Part shown: positions 40,955 through 50,440 of the stretch, piece after piece
How positions within the stretch are numbered: the first letter of the stretch is position 1
Layout: each line of letters opens with the position of its first letter
From: Spirulina sp.
GTDB taxonomy: Bacteria > Cyanobacteriota > Cyanobacteriia > Phormidesmidales > Phormidesmidaceae
Assembly: GCA_044070495.1 (NCBI GenBank)
Contig: JBIPSI010000021.1
Span: forward strand, 26,833 to 90,832
Length of the DNA stretch: 64,000 nt
Direction of reading: 5' to 3'
Notes under the pieces: generated by a model
The model's database searches: none
What the model was told of the DNA's origin: nothing
Seen by the model: only the letters and a program-made list of their open reading frames with translations
Position numbers and translations under genes: made by a program

Positions 40955-42604
40955 TTAGGAAAATTTAAGCTGGGATACCGTGGTCACCCGGTCGCGCCCC
41001 AGTCGTTTCGATTCGTACAACACCCGATCTGCCGCCGCCACCAATTGCGCGGGGCTACCCGTTGCGGTTGGCTGCACATTCGCCAGCCCAATGCTCAGGG
41101 TGACACCGGGCAACTCTGAATCGGCGGTGATGGTTTTAATTTGTGAGCGCAACTGTTCGGCCCGCTGTTGGGCAATGTCGAGGGAAATATTCGGGAAAAT
41201 GACCGCAAATTCTTCGCCACCGTAGCGGGCGACAAAATCGGTGAGGCTGGATCGCACCTGACGACGCAAAATACGGGCCACCAACTGCAAACAGGCATCT
41301 CCCAAAAGATGCCCGTGGCTATCGTTATAGTGCTTGAAGTGGTCGATATCGGCCAGCATTAGGGTGACGGGCGTTTGGGTGAGTAGCCCCTGCTGCCAAA
41401 CCTGGGCCAGCCGTAGGTCAAAGGCGCGACGGTTAGGAATGCGGGTGAGGCCATCGGTATAGGCCAAAGCCTGAAGCTTCTGGTTTTCGCTTTGCAATTG
41501 GTTGACAACGCGCAGGGGTTCCGTGGCTGGGTCGCCCAACTCGGCCTCAAAATAGCGCCGATAGAGTTCGCAGGAAAACCGACATCGGCCATTCTCCTCC
41601 ATGACAATTCCCAAACTGGTGAGGGAATAGGCCACCTGGGCGGGTAGCCGCAGTCCCTCCGGTGCCGTTAAAAGTGTCCGCAACCCCTGCACGAGATCGG
41701 GGCAAGCCTTGACGTTGGCCGCACAGCTCAACAGTTCCTCCCCAAACAACCCCGTCAGGTTAGTGATGCTTTGCAGCAACAACTGGGGAGAACACCCCAC
41801 CTGGCTGAGCCGCGCAATGGCTAGGTGAGTTAAGTAAGGATGGCCCCCCACTAGGCGCATCAAATCTTGAATCGTGTTCTCGTGCTTGCCCCCCGGTGCA
41901 ATATCTAAACCATAGCGACTCGCCAAATCCCGCACTTGGTCAAGGGTAAACCCTGGCAGCCACACCTGCTCCCCCACATTAAAGGGCGACTGTTCCATCC
42001 CCAGTGGCACATAGATTTCCGTGGAGTAGGCCAAGACAAGGCGCAAATTTTTCCAGATCGGTGATCGCTGCCCCTGTTCATACCAAAACCGCAGCAGCGA
42101 TAAAAAATCTTCGGCAATCTCGCGATACTCAAACAGACGATTGACTTCATTAATGGACAGCACAAAGGGCTTGGATAACTGTCGCAGGATGTAGTGCTCA
42201 AAGTAGATCGAGGCGCTGACTTTGCTGCCAATTTCTGTATCCCAATAATCGTCTAGCTTTGGTTCTAGCCCCAGTTGAAAGGTAACAATGCGGCAAAACC
42301 AGCGCAGAAATCGATCCAAGCTGTCAAAGCAGGCGGTGTCGGCTTGCTGAAAATCAATGGTGCAATGGGCATAGTCTAGGCGGCTAACATGGTCTGAAAG
42401 CCTTGCCAGCAGGGAACTTTTTCCCGTGTGGAGAGGAGACTTGATTCGCAGTAAGGTACCGGGCTGGGTCACCTTAGTAAAGACGGACTGCTCTAGGGGA
42501 GGCCGCTCAATATAAAACTCAGAATCACAGCTCAGTGGCCCCTGGGGCGCGACGTAATGCTTACAGGCTTGGGAACAGCTTGGCTGATTAAGGTCTGTCA
42601 TCAT
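40955..42604 (-). CDS. AAA_35 domain fused to a GGDEF diguanylate cyclase
   Basis: FYIERPPLE, KSPLHTGKSS, SPFNVG, GGHPYL; TDGLTRIPNRR, DIDHFKHYND, RYGGEEF. Confidence 0.9.
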   Translation of the reverse strand: MMTDLNQPSCSQACKHYVAPQGPLSCDSEFYIERPPLEQSVFTKVTQPGTLLRIKSPLHTGKSSLLARLSDHVSRLDYAHCTIDFQQADTACFDSLDRFLRWFCRIVTFQLGLEPKLDDYWDTEIGSKVSASIYFEHYILRQLSKPFVLSINEVNRLFEYREIAEDFLSLLRFWYEQGQRSPIWKNLRLVLAYSTEIYVPLGMEQSPFNVGEQVWLPGFTLDQVRDLASRYGLDIAPGGKHENTIQDLMRLVGGHPYLTHLAIARLSQVGCSPQLLLQSITNLTGLFGEELLSCAANVKACPDLVQGLRTLLTAPEGLRLPAQVAYSLTSLGIVMEENGRCRFSCELYRRYFEAELGDPATEPLRVVNQLQSENQKLQALAYTDGLTRIPNRRAFDLRLAQVWQQGLLTQTPVTLMLADIDHFKHYNDSHGHLLGDACLQLVARILRRQVRSSLTDFVARYGGEEFAVIFPNISLDIAQQRAEQLRSQIKTITADSELPGVTLSIGLANVQPTATGSPAQLVAAADRVLYESKRLGRDRVTTVSQLKFS

Positions 42605-43361
42605 GCTGCATCCCCGATACAAACTAACGAGAAACGTCCTCGCTCCTCCTACCCTCTAAATATTCACAGGTTTAGAGAGTTGTGCACCACTATTATCGTC
42701 TACCTTTTCATACCTAGGGCAAAAATGTCTAACTTTTTACGCTGAGGGCGAAGGTACTCAACGGCTAGTCCCCCTGGGGGAGAATGCTCAGCCCCGGGCC
42801 AGATCACGACCAAAGATTGGGTTTGCGATCCACTGAGTCTGGGAAAAGTCCGCCCTGAACATTAATTGCATCTATTGCGAATACTTTATTAAATAAGTCA
42901 GACTTATCTTTTGCATCGAAAATTGCAGCCTAAATTAGGGGCATCGGGTATTCCATCCCTCGAAACTTTCGTATAGACTCAGAAATATAGATTCATGAAG
43001 AACAATTTATAAAACTAAATTCCTTGAGCCTGTAGCTGCGCTAGGCCCAAGGGCCATGGGTCTACCTAGCGCGTTCTCCGGTCTTGGTTCAGGCATGTGA
43101 ATCTCAGAGTGGGCCGCAGTTCCATCGCCAAATGTTCGCTGCGGCACCATCGCCCTCTGAGCCTGAGCCAGCCTACCTCGACGGCCTTAGTCCCCAACCA
43201 GGGTCGTCGGGGTAGGTTTCCTACTCCCTGCGCCTCGACAACGGGGATGGCTAGGGGGTATGGCGCTGGTCTAGGCTAAAAAGAAACGATGACCGCCAAC
43301 CCGTGCGCTGCGGTTACGCTTGACAGCATCCTATAATATTTCCCCGTCGATCACCGTTGCC

Positions 43362-44198
43362 ATGACCGACCTATTTGCCCATCGCGTGGTCGTCCTTGCC
43401 ACCATGCACCGCAAAGAGCAGGCCATCGCCCCCCTCATCGAACGGCACCTGGGCCTCACCGTCACCGTGCCCGCTGGGTTTGATACCGACAGCTTTGGCA
43501 CCTTCACCGGCGAAGTCAAGCGCCCCGCCGATCAGCTTTCCACCGCCCGCCTTAAGGCCGAAGCCGCCCTAGAACGCACCGGGGAAACCCTAGCCATTGC
43601 CAGCGAAGGAAGTTTTGGGCCACATCCCCACCTTCCCTTTGTGCCCTGCAATCGCGAGCTGGTGGTGCTGATTGACCGTCAGTATGGCTTAGAAATCGTG
43701 GGCGAATGTCTCTCTACCGAGACCAACTATCGACAGCAGTCCGTTCAGAATGTTCAAGCAGCAGAAGCCTTTGCCGCCGCCGTAGACTTTCCCCGCCACG
43801 GGTTAATCGTTCGCGCCAACGGCACCGTCATCGCCAAGGGCATCACCACGGAATCGGCATTATCGACAGCGGTAGAAACCGCCCTACGCCAAGCCGCCAC
43901 GGTGCAACTCGAAACCGACATGCGCGCCCTCTACAACCCAACCCGCATGGCCGTCATTACCCAAGCTACAGAGGACTTGCTGCGGGCCATCGCCAAAACC
44001 TGCCCCGCCTGCAATTGTCCCGGCTTTCGGGAGGTAAAACGCTGGCCGGGGCTACCCTGCGCTCTGTGCGGCACCCCCACCTTGCTCACAGCCCGAATTC
44101 GCCACCAGTGCCAGCGCTGCGATCACACCCAGGACAACCCTCCCGCCGACCTCCCAGCCAAGGCCGACCCCAGCTATTGCCCCTACTGCAACCCTTAA
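43362..44198 (+). CDS. DUF6671-like protein with Cys-rich C-terminus
   Basis: LATMHRKEQAIAP, DTDSFGTFTGE, ASEGSFGPHP, ETDMRA; four CxxC motifs. Confidence 0.75.
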   Translation: MTDLFAHRVVVLATMHRKEQAIAPLIERHLGLTVTVPAGFDTDSFGTFTGEVKRPADQLSTARLKAEAALERTGETLAIASEGSFGPHPHLPFVPCNRELVVLIDRQYGLEIVGECLSTETNYRQQSVQNVQAAEAFAAAVDFPRHGLIVRANGTVIAKGITTESALSTAVETALRQAATVQLETDMRALYNPTRMAVITQATEDLLRAIAKTCPACNCPGFREVKRWPGLPCALCGTPTLLTARIRHQCQRCDHTQDNPPADLPAKADPSYCPYCNP

Positions 44199-44218
44199 GA
44201 GTGCAGCAAAACAGAACG

Positions 44219-44368
44219 CCTGATGGTCTGACACCTCTCCAAAGTAGATTGGGTGGCGCGATAGCAAAACCCAACAAGTCCGAAATCCTCGGTGTGTGTT
44301 GGGTTCCGCTTCACTGCACCCAACCTACTAAAGATCAGGGCTTTTGGGGATTGTGTCAGTCAGCTAGG
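44219..44368. repeat. ~150-bp REPIN/MITE-like element, copy 2
   Basis: Same GTAG inverted core and same flanks as 33684-33833. Confidence 0.8.
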
Positions 44369-44390
44369 AGAAGGCTTAATGATCCACTGC

Positions 44391-45224
44391 TTAATGATCT
44401 AGGGAAGGCTGACGGTGCCGCTGATAAAGAACAAATCCCGCTAACGCCATGGCCGCCGCCGATAAAATATGCACCACATTAAAGGGGGTGCCAGGGAAAA
44501 ACCAGGAGTCCGTGCGAAGAAATTCAATGAAGAAACGGCCTAAGGGATACCAGACCAGGTAGCCTAAGGCCAAGTCTCCGGGCTTAAGTTGCTTTTCAAA
44601 CTTGCGAGCGATCCAAAACAAAAGGGCAAACCCTACTAAGTTCCAAACCGACTCATACAAAAAGAGAGGATGGAACCGAGTCGATTCTGGATATTGGGCC
44701 AAATTATTGTAGGGCGGAATGCGATGTTGGGCATCAATGCGTAAACCCCAAGGTAACGTTGTCGGAGGGCCGTAGAGTTCCTGATTAATAAAGTTTCCCC
44801 AGCGACCGATGGCTTGGGCTAAGGGTAATCCTAAGGCGATACCGTCTAGGTAAGGCAGTGGATTGAGCTTGCGAATACGGCTGAACAGAAATAGCGCAAT
44901 GGCCCCAAAGATAAACCCACCGAAAATGTGAATGCCGCCACCCCAAACCTGCAAGATTTTGCCGGGATTCGCCAGATAATAGCCCAACCCCTCCGGCCCC
45001 CGTGGGGACTGAATGAACACGTAATACAACCGCGCCCCAATGAAGCCTGGAATTAAGATCCAGAACAGCATATCCCACAGGTTATCGGGGTCTTCACCTT
45101 GGCGGGCTACATAGCGACTGGCCACCGTTGCGGCGGATAAAATGGCCATCAACATCAACAGCCCATACCAGCGCAGGGCAAAGGGGCCAAGTTCAAAAAT
45201 AATCGGGGAAACAGGGGGATACAT
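44391..45224 (-). CDS. lgt: Prolipoprotein diacylglyceryl transferase
   Basis: LRWYGL, GARLYYV, QAIGRWGNFINQELYG, HPLFLYES. Confidence 0.95.
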   Translation of the reverse strand: MYPPVSPIIFELGPFALRWYGLLMLMAILSAATVASRYVARQGEDPDNLWDMLFWILIPGFIGARLYYVFIQSPRGPEGLGYYLANPGKILQVWGGGIHIFGGFIFGAIALFLFSRIRKLNPLPYLDGIALGLPLAQAIGRWGNFINQELYGPPTTLPWGLRIDAQHRIPPYNNLAQYPESTRFHPLFLYESVWNLVGFALLFWIARKFEKQLKPGDLALGYLVWYPLGRFFIEFLRTDSWFFPGTPFNVVHILSAAAMALAGFVLYQRHRQPSLDH

Positions 45225-45266
45225 GGGCAGGTTAAATATACAATCTGAGCATCTGAAACACAGCAT

Positions 45267-45707
45267 CTATTCTGGCAAAAAGTCTCTGGCTAGGGTTTGT
45301 TCTGGAGTAAATGGGCTGTTTTCAGGGAGTTTTTCCAAGTCTAGTCCAGTTTCGGTAGCGGCCAAGTCTCTAGCCTCAACGTAGCATTCGTCGAATTTTT
45401 GAAGAAAGTAGTCTTTTAGGCTGGGGCTAGTCTTGAGCAATTCGTGAATCTGGCGACGGTGTTCTTTGAGGGTAAATCGCCAGCTATTGGAACGTTTTTG
45501 GGGTTGGTAGGCGTATTTCAAAAGATGTATCAGAACCACAATTATATTGGTGGTTAAGGCTCGTTTTTCGCTACGCCCCATGTCGCTCAGTTCTTCCAGT
45601 AAGTTAGACAAATCTAGATCTGTAAATCGTTGTTCTGCCAGTTGTTGACAGGTCGCCTCTAACCAGAGCGCATAATCCTGGTCATATAAGTCTTTAAGTG
45701 TTTTCAT
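45267..45707 (-). CDS. DUF29 family protein
   Basis: LYDQDYALW, EELSDMGRSEK, HLLKYAYQP, SPSLK. Confidence 0.9.
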   Translation of the reverse strand: MKTLKDLYDQDYALWLEATCQQLAEQRFTDLDLSNLLEELSDMGRSEKRALTTNIIVVLIHLLKYAYQPQKRSNSWRFTLKEHRRQIHELLKTSPSLKDYFLQKFDECYVEARDLAATETGLDLEKLPENSPFTPEQTLARDFLPE

Positions 45708-45755
45708 TGTCAGCAAAGTAAATGATGAACATAGGAGTTAGCATAGAAATTTGAT

Positions 45756-46184
45756 CTAGATAAATGAATTAATAATAGTCAATACGTCATTGACTATTAG
45801 CCCATGATTCATATCTTCTGTGTAGAAAAGTGAGCATTGGGATTGAATGGCTGTACTGACAAGCATAGAATCCCAAAATGATATGTTGTAGCGTTGTCTT
45901 ATGCTAGATGCTTCCAAAAGAAGCACTTCATCCATTATTGGACAGACTGTATAGGTTCGATAGAACGACTTAACCAGTTTCTGAATATCCGGTTCAGTAA
46001 AATTGAACTTTCTGACTAAGTTGTAAGAAACTTCGTTAATCACCTGCACAGAGAGGACAGGTTGCATTTGATTGATCAGGGTTCTTGCTATTTCATGGCG
46101 AGGGTCAGGGGGAATATCTTCAGATTGAGTGGCTGCATAAATCCAGACGTTAGAATCAATGAAGCAACGCTTAGCCTCGATCAT
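45756..46184 (-). CDS. PIN-domain (VapC-like) toxin
   Basis: FIDSNVWIY, SVQVINE, SFWDSML, YTEDM; lower GC than flanks. Confidence 0.88.
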   Translation of the reverse strand: MIEAKRCFIDSNVWIYAATQSEDIPPDPRHEIARTLINQMQPVLSVQVINEVSYNLVRKFNFTEPDIQKLVKSFYRTYTVCPIMDEVLLLEASSIRQRYNISFWDSMLVSTAIQSQCSLFYTEDMNHGLIVNDVLTIINSFI

Positions 46185-46494
46185 AGATCTCATCCCGACT
46201 CATGGGCTTAAAGTTTCTCACCGGAATTGGATGTACCAAGAGGTAATCAATACTACCTTCTTGGTTATGAGTGTCTGTACCCGTTAAAAGATCTATTTCT
46301 GCTGCTTCTGCTTCTGCTTCTGCTATTATTGCTGCTGCTGGTTTTCTGGCGATTGTTTTTTTATCCGTCGTAGGCTTTTCTAGCTGATTATCGACAAGCA
46401 GAAGTAGCTGTCTTGCGAGTTGTAGCTGTTCTTTTGTAGATAGTTGATTGGCCTCCTGAAGCAGTTCTTGAACCGTTCTTGCTTGACTAGGCAT
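46171..46494 (-). CDS. Putative antitoxin
   Basis: Small ORF overlapping the PIN start; C-terminal FKPMSRDEIYDR. Confidence 0.65.
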   Translation of the reverse strand: MPSQARTVQELLQEANQLSTKEQLQLARQLLLLVDNQLEKPTTDKKTIARKPAAAIIAEAEAEAAEIDLLTGTDTHNQEGSIDYLLVHPIPVRNFKPMSRDEIYDRG

Positions 46495-46563
46495 AAACAG
46501 CCCTCCATACGCAAAGAATGATCGAGGAATAGACTCAAAATCTATCCCCTTTCCCATCATAAA

Positions 46564-48114
46564 TCAATCCTCCAAATACCCTAGTTCCTCTAGGCGGCGG
46601 CGCACTTCGGGGTCGTCGTAGTCGGTGGCGCGGGTGGGGGTGGCTTGGGAAAGGGAGCGGTCGCTGCGGTCGGCGAAGGCTTGTAGGCAGTCTTGCAGGG
46701 CTTCCACGTTTTCGGGCAGGATGGCGCTGAGGTCGAGGGCTTCGGTGGGGTCTTCAAGCACGTCGTAGAGTTCGGCTTCGGAGCCTTCGGTTTCGATCAG
46801 TTTGTGTTGGCCCATCCACACGGCGCGGCGGACGCGGTCACAGCTCATTTCTCGCACCAGTTCCGGCTGGCGTTTTTGCATCAGGTTCACCACGTTTTGG
46901 GGCGGGATGGCCTCGGCAAAGACGTAATCGCGGCTGCGGGACTCATCTTGGCTGTGGATCAGGTCTAGGGTAAGTTCTTTGTCGTTGGCGAGGCCTGCGG
47001 CGGCGAGGACGGTGTGGAATAGGCGGCGGGTGGAGACTACCCCATCGACCGTGGTACCCTGGACGAGGCGGTTTTGGGGATCGCGGATGATCAGCGGTAC
47101 CCGCACCAGTTCGTTATAAATAGACAGGCTGTGGCCCATGAATTTCTTCTCGCCCAGGTGTTCCCCGTGGTCGGCGCAGATGATCACCAGAGTATTGTCC
47201 AAACGGCCAGAGTCCTTAAGGCGTTGGAAGAATTGGCCCAAGAGGGCATCCTGGTAGGCGACTTCGGCGTCGTACATGCCGTCGAGGGTTTGCTTTTGGT
47301 GGTCGTCTAGCGCTCCGGTGAGGGGGGCCAGCCAGCCGTAAACATCGCCGTTGAAGCGCTGCAAAAAGGTTTGGGCTTTGCGGTCAGCCAAAACGTGGGG
47401 GGCAAATTGCTCGATGTAGCGGCGGGGGGGATGGTAGGGCATGTGGGTGCCCATCAGGTTCACGAAGGCGAAGACGGGCTGGTCGGCCTGGGTGCCGTGG
47501 CGGTGGATCAGCAGGTTGGCGGTGTCGTCGAGGGATTTGGGGCCGTTGCCCTTAAAGCTGAGGGCGGTTTGCCACAGGGGCACCATCAGCGGCGTAAAGC
47601 TGAGGGCTAGCAGCGCATCGGAACGGGCAAAGGCGTCCTGCACCCGGTTCAATACCCCTGCGACTTGGCGCTTAAACCATTGCCGATAGCGGCTTACCAA
47701 GCCGGGGCGACTACCTGCCTGGTTGGGTTTGGAGGTCAACAGGCCGCTGTAGTTCAAAAAGCTGGTGAAGCCTCGCCGCAAACCGTTGTTGATCACACCC
47801 ACCAGGGGATTGTTGCAAAAGCCCGCCGTGTAGTAGCCGCTGGCCTCCAGGCGTTCGGCTAGGGTGGGCAGGTCGGCGGGCAACACGGAATAGGACTGCA
47901 CCATCGTGTGCTCTGAAGGGTACAGCCCCGTGAACATGGAGGCATGGGATGGCACCGTCCACTGGGCGGCGGAAATGGCCTGGGTGAAGCGGGTGGCCTC
48001 GGCGGCGAGGGCATCTAAATTCGGCGAGGTGGGCTGGTCGTAGCCGTAGCAGGAGAGGCGATCCGCCCGCTGGGTATCGAGCACGAGGAAGAGAATATCA
48101 GGACGAGAAGCCAT
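46564..48114 (-). CDS. Sulfatase/alkaline-phosphatase superfamily protein (Thr at the nucleophile position)
   Basis: LVLDTQRAD, WTVPSHASMFTG, ADHGE, LEELGYL. Confidence 0.85.
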   Translation of the reverse strand: MASRPDILFLVLDTQRADRLSCYGYDQPTSPNLDALAAEATRFTQAISAAQWTVPSHASMFTGLYPSEHTMVQSYSVLPADLPTLAERLEASGYYTAGFCNNPLVGVINNGLRRGFTSFLNYSGLLTSKPNQAGSRPGLVSRYRQWFKRQVAGVLNRVQDAFARSDALLALSFTPLMVPLWQTALSFKGNGPKSLDDTANLLIHRHGTQADQPVFAFVNLMGTHMPYHPPRRYIEQFAPHVLADRKAQTFLQRFNGDVYGWLAPLTGALDDHQKQTLDGMYDAEVAYQDALLGQFFQRLKDSGRLDNTLVIICADHGEHLGEKKFMGHSLSIYNELVRVPLIIRDPQNRLVQGTTVDGVVSTRRLFHTVLAAAGLANDKELTLDLIHSQDESRSRDYVFAEAIPPQNVVNLMQKRQPELVREMSCDRVRRAVWMGQHKLIETEGSEAELYDVLEDPTEALDLSAILPENVEALQDCLQAFADRSDRSLSQATPTRATDYDDPEVRRRLEELGYLED

Positions 48115-48155
48115 AGGATGCCGCCAAACCAGTTCACAAAGCGTTAGGTTCCATC

Positions 48156-48905
48156 CTAAACAGAAGCGTTGCCTTTCGTCACAATCTGAGGGGAGATGTG
48201 GGCTTGATCGTTAAACCGCTGGACGCGCCAGAGTTCGGTATTGAGCCGCTGATTGGGGTCGGTTTCAAACCAGCGATCCCGGTCTAGCCAAAGTTCGGTA
48301 ATCGCCGTGTGGCCGAGGGGAATCCCCCAAGTGCGCCCACAGCCCAGAAGACAGGCGAGGATGTGCTGCAAAATCCACTGGTGGCTGATCACCCAAAGCT
48401 GATCGCCGTTGTGATGCTGCAACAGGTCGTTCACAAAGCGCTCGGCTCGTTGATGTCCGGCCTGTGGGGTTTCTGCGTCGGGGATAGGAATCCAGTCCAG
48501 GGAGGTTTCCAGGCGTTGGCAGAGGTCGGGATAATTCGCCTGCGCCTCGGCCCAGGTCAACCCCGTTAAAATGCCCTGGTGATTTTCCCGTAGGTCGTCG
48601 TGAAATATCGTCGGCACGGGGATTTCAGATATCGGGATTGCTGATGTTGGGACTTCAGGTATCGGGATCTCTGCCGTTGCCCACAGTGCTGAGGCCATGG
48701 CGGCTAGGGTTTCGGTGGCCCGTTGTAGGGGGCTGCAATAGATATGGGTGGGCTGTCTGTTTTCTTTAGCAAGACGCTGACCCAATTGTTGGGCCTGTTT
48801 TCGGCCTAAATCCGTCAGCCCCGTGGATGACCAGCCCTCCATGCGGCCCTCGACATTGCCCTGGGATTGGCCATGGCGCATCAGCAGGATTTTGAGAGGG
48901 GCCAT
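48156..48905 (-). CDS. Histidine phosphatase family protein
   Basis: RHGQS, SPLQRATET, LRE, ISH. Confidence 0.9.
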   Translation of the reverse strand: MAPLKILLMRHGQSQGNVEGRMEGWSSTGLTDLGRKQAQQLGQRLAKENRQPTHIYCSPLQRATETLAAMASALWATAEIPIPEVPTSAIPISEIPVPTIFHDDLRENHQGILTGLTWAEAQANYPDLCQRLETSLDWIPIPDAETPQAGHQRAERFVNDLLQHHNGDQLWVISHQWILQHILACLLGCGRTWGIPLGHTAITELWLDRDRWFETDPNQRLNTELWRVQRFNDQAHISPQIVTKGNASV

Positions 48906-48907
48906 CC

Positions 48908-50191
48908 CTACCACATCACCCGCCACAGGGATTGTCGGGCCGACTGGAGGCGTCCCGGTGAAACCTCTAGGGGCAGCAGGCCAAACCAGGCCAGGTTTTG
49001 GGTGTAGTAGGCGGTGTCGTTATCCCAGAAGCCGTCTTGGTAGGCGGGTAGAAGCTTCTGCTGGTAGATTTCCTCAGCGGTGGCGGGATCGACCTGGAGC
49101 AGGGCCGAGTAGAGCATGGCGTAGTGGGCGGTGGACTCGTAGCTAGATTCTGTCAGCCCATCTAGGGAAAGGCGGGCCGGAAGCCGATCATCCGCTTCCC
49201 AGCGCTGGATCAGTTCGGGCAGTTGGGCTTGCAGGTAGGCTTTGGCGCGGGGTTCTTGGTTCCAGGCGGCATCTTGGCCCACCCGCCACCACACCCGGAT
49301 GGCATCGAAGCTGTAGCGACTTTGCAGGGGAAAGTCCGGTTCTAGGGGGCGGTAGGTTTGGGTGATGGGGTTGTAGATGATCCAGTCGGGGGGGAGTCCG
49401 GTGTCGGAGAACTGGCCCAGATCCGCCAGCATGGTGTAGCCGCTGTCGATCAAGCTTTCCCAGTCGCGATCAGGATCCACCTCAGCAAAGAGTCGGAAAC
49501 TGGCTGGGGCAAAGTAGGAGGGATTGAGAATCAGACGGTCGGGTTGGTTGAAAAAGGCCTCCTTGGGGCCAGGGAGCAACTGGCGCTGACCATCGGGGAG
49601 CGGTACCGTGCCCAGTTCCCAAATGTCGTCCAAGATGGCTTTGGCTTCGTCTAAATACTGAGGGCAACGCCAGCGCTGGGCCGCCCAAATCAGGGCGGTG
49701 GCGGCATCAATGTCGGCATCGGTGGCGAAGTTTTCGTCCACAATGCCCCAACTACCATCGTCCCGCTGGCCCCAGTGCCATGCCCAGAGGTGATCGGTGA
49801 TCTGCCCCTCAGCATCGTGGCGGGCTAGGTTGTTTTTGGCCCAGGTGTAGGTGCGCTCGAAGGTGACGGGGTCGTTAATGGCAACGGCCCGCAGCATGGC
49901 GTAGGCTTGCCCTTCGGAGACCGTGCGATCCCGATCCTCCCGGTCAATCACCCGACCATCGGCTTGGATAAATCGATCTCGATAAACTTGCCAGCTTTCC
50001 CGCAGCAGGGTGTTATATTCGCTGGCAATGGAAAGCGTCATCGGCTGAGAGGCCGAAACCTGGCAGAGTTTGGGCTGGCTAGAGATCGCCGCCGAAGGCG
50101 AGGTGTGGCTTTGGCTAACAATCGATAGGGTTAGCGCCAGGGGCACTAGGGAGAGAAGGAGTCGTTTTTGGGGGCGTTTTAGAGTAGGCAT
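48908..50191 (-). CDS. GH8 endoglucanase (BcsZ-like)
   Basis: TVSEGQAYAML, ATDADID, NPSYF, FDAIRV; N-terminal hydrophobic segment. Confidence 0.9.
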   Translation of the reverse strand: MPTLKRPQKRLLLSLVPLALTLSIVSQSHTSPSAAISSQPKLCQVSASQPMTLSIASEYNTLLRESWQVYRDRFIQADGRVIDREDRDRTVSEGQAYAMLRAVAINDPVTFERTYTWAKNNLARHDAEGQITDHLWAWHWGQRDDGSWGIVDENFATDADIDAATALIWAAQRWRCPQYLDEAKAILDDIWELGTVPLPDGQRQLLPGPKEAFFNQPDRLILNPSYFAPASFRLFAEVDPDRDWESLIDSGYTMLADLGQFSDTGLPPDWIIYNPITQTYRPLEPDFPLQSRYSFDAIRVWWRVGQDAAWNQEPRAKAYLQAQLPELIQRWEADDRLPARLSLDGLTESSYESTAHYAMLYSALLQVDPATAEEIYQQKLLPAYQDGFWDNDTAYYTQNLAWFGLLPLEVSPGRLQSARQSLWRVMW

Positions 50192-50440
50192 TACCAATGG
50201 GTCGTTGCCGCTGACGAGAGAACATAAAGGAAGAAGCACAGACCTCGGTGGGGAGGTCGGGGAGGGTGGCCTACAGACCGATAGGCCGCTATCCCACCAT
50301 CCACTTAGGGATTAGCGCGCCTAAGTGACTTAACGATGTCACCCCATTCTCCCCCTAGGATAGTCGGTGGCCCTGGCTTCGGTAGGAGACAGTGGCCACT
50401 GCCAAAATAGGCACAGGGCCAGGAACCCCCAGGGCCGTCG

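Noticed and set aside
42715..42830. Possible c-di-GMP riboswitch near the GGDEF gene
   Set aside because: GGCAAA is present but the GAAA tetraloop/receptor and second stem are missing
43320..43337. TTGACA...TATAAT upstream of the DUF6671 gene
   Set aside because: The spacer is only 6 nt, so the two hexamers cannot be one promoter
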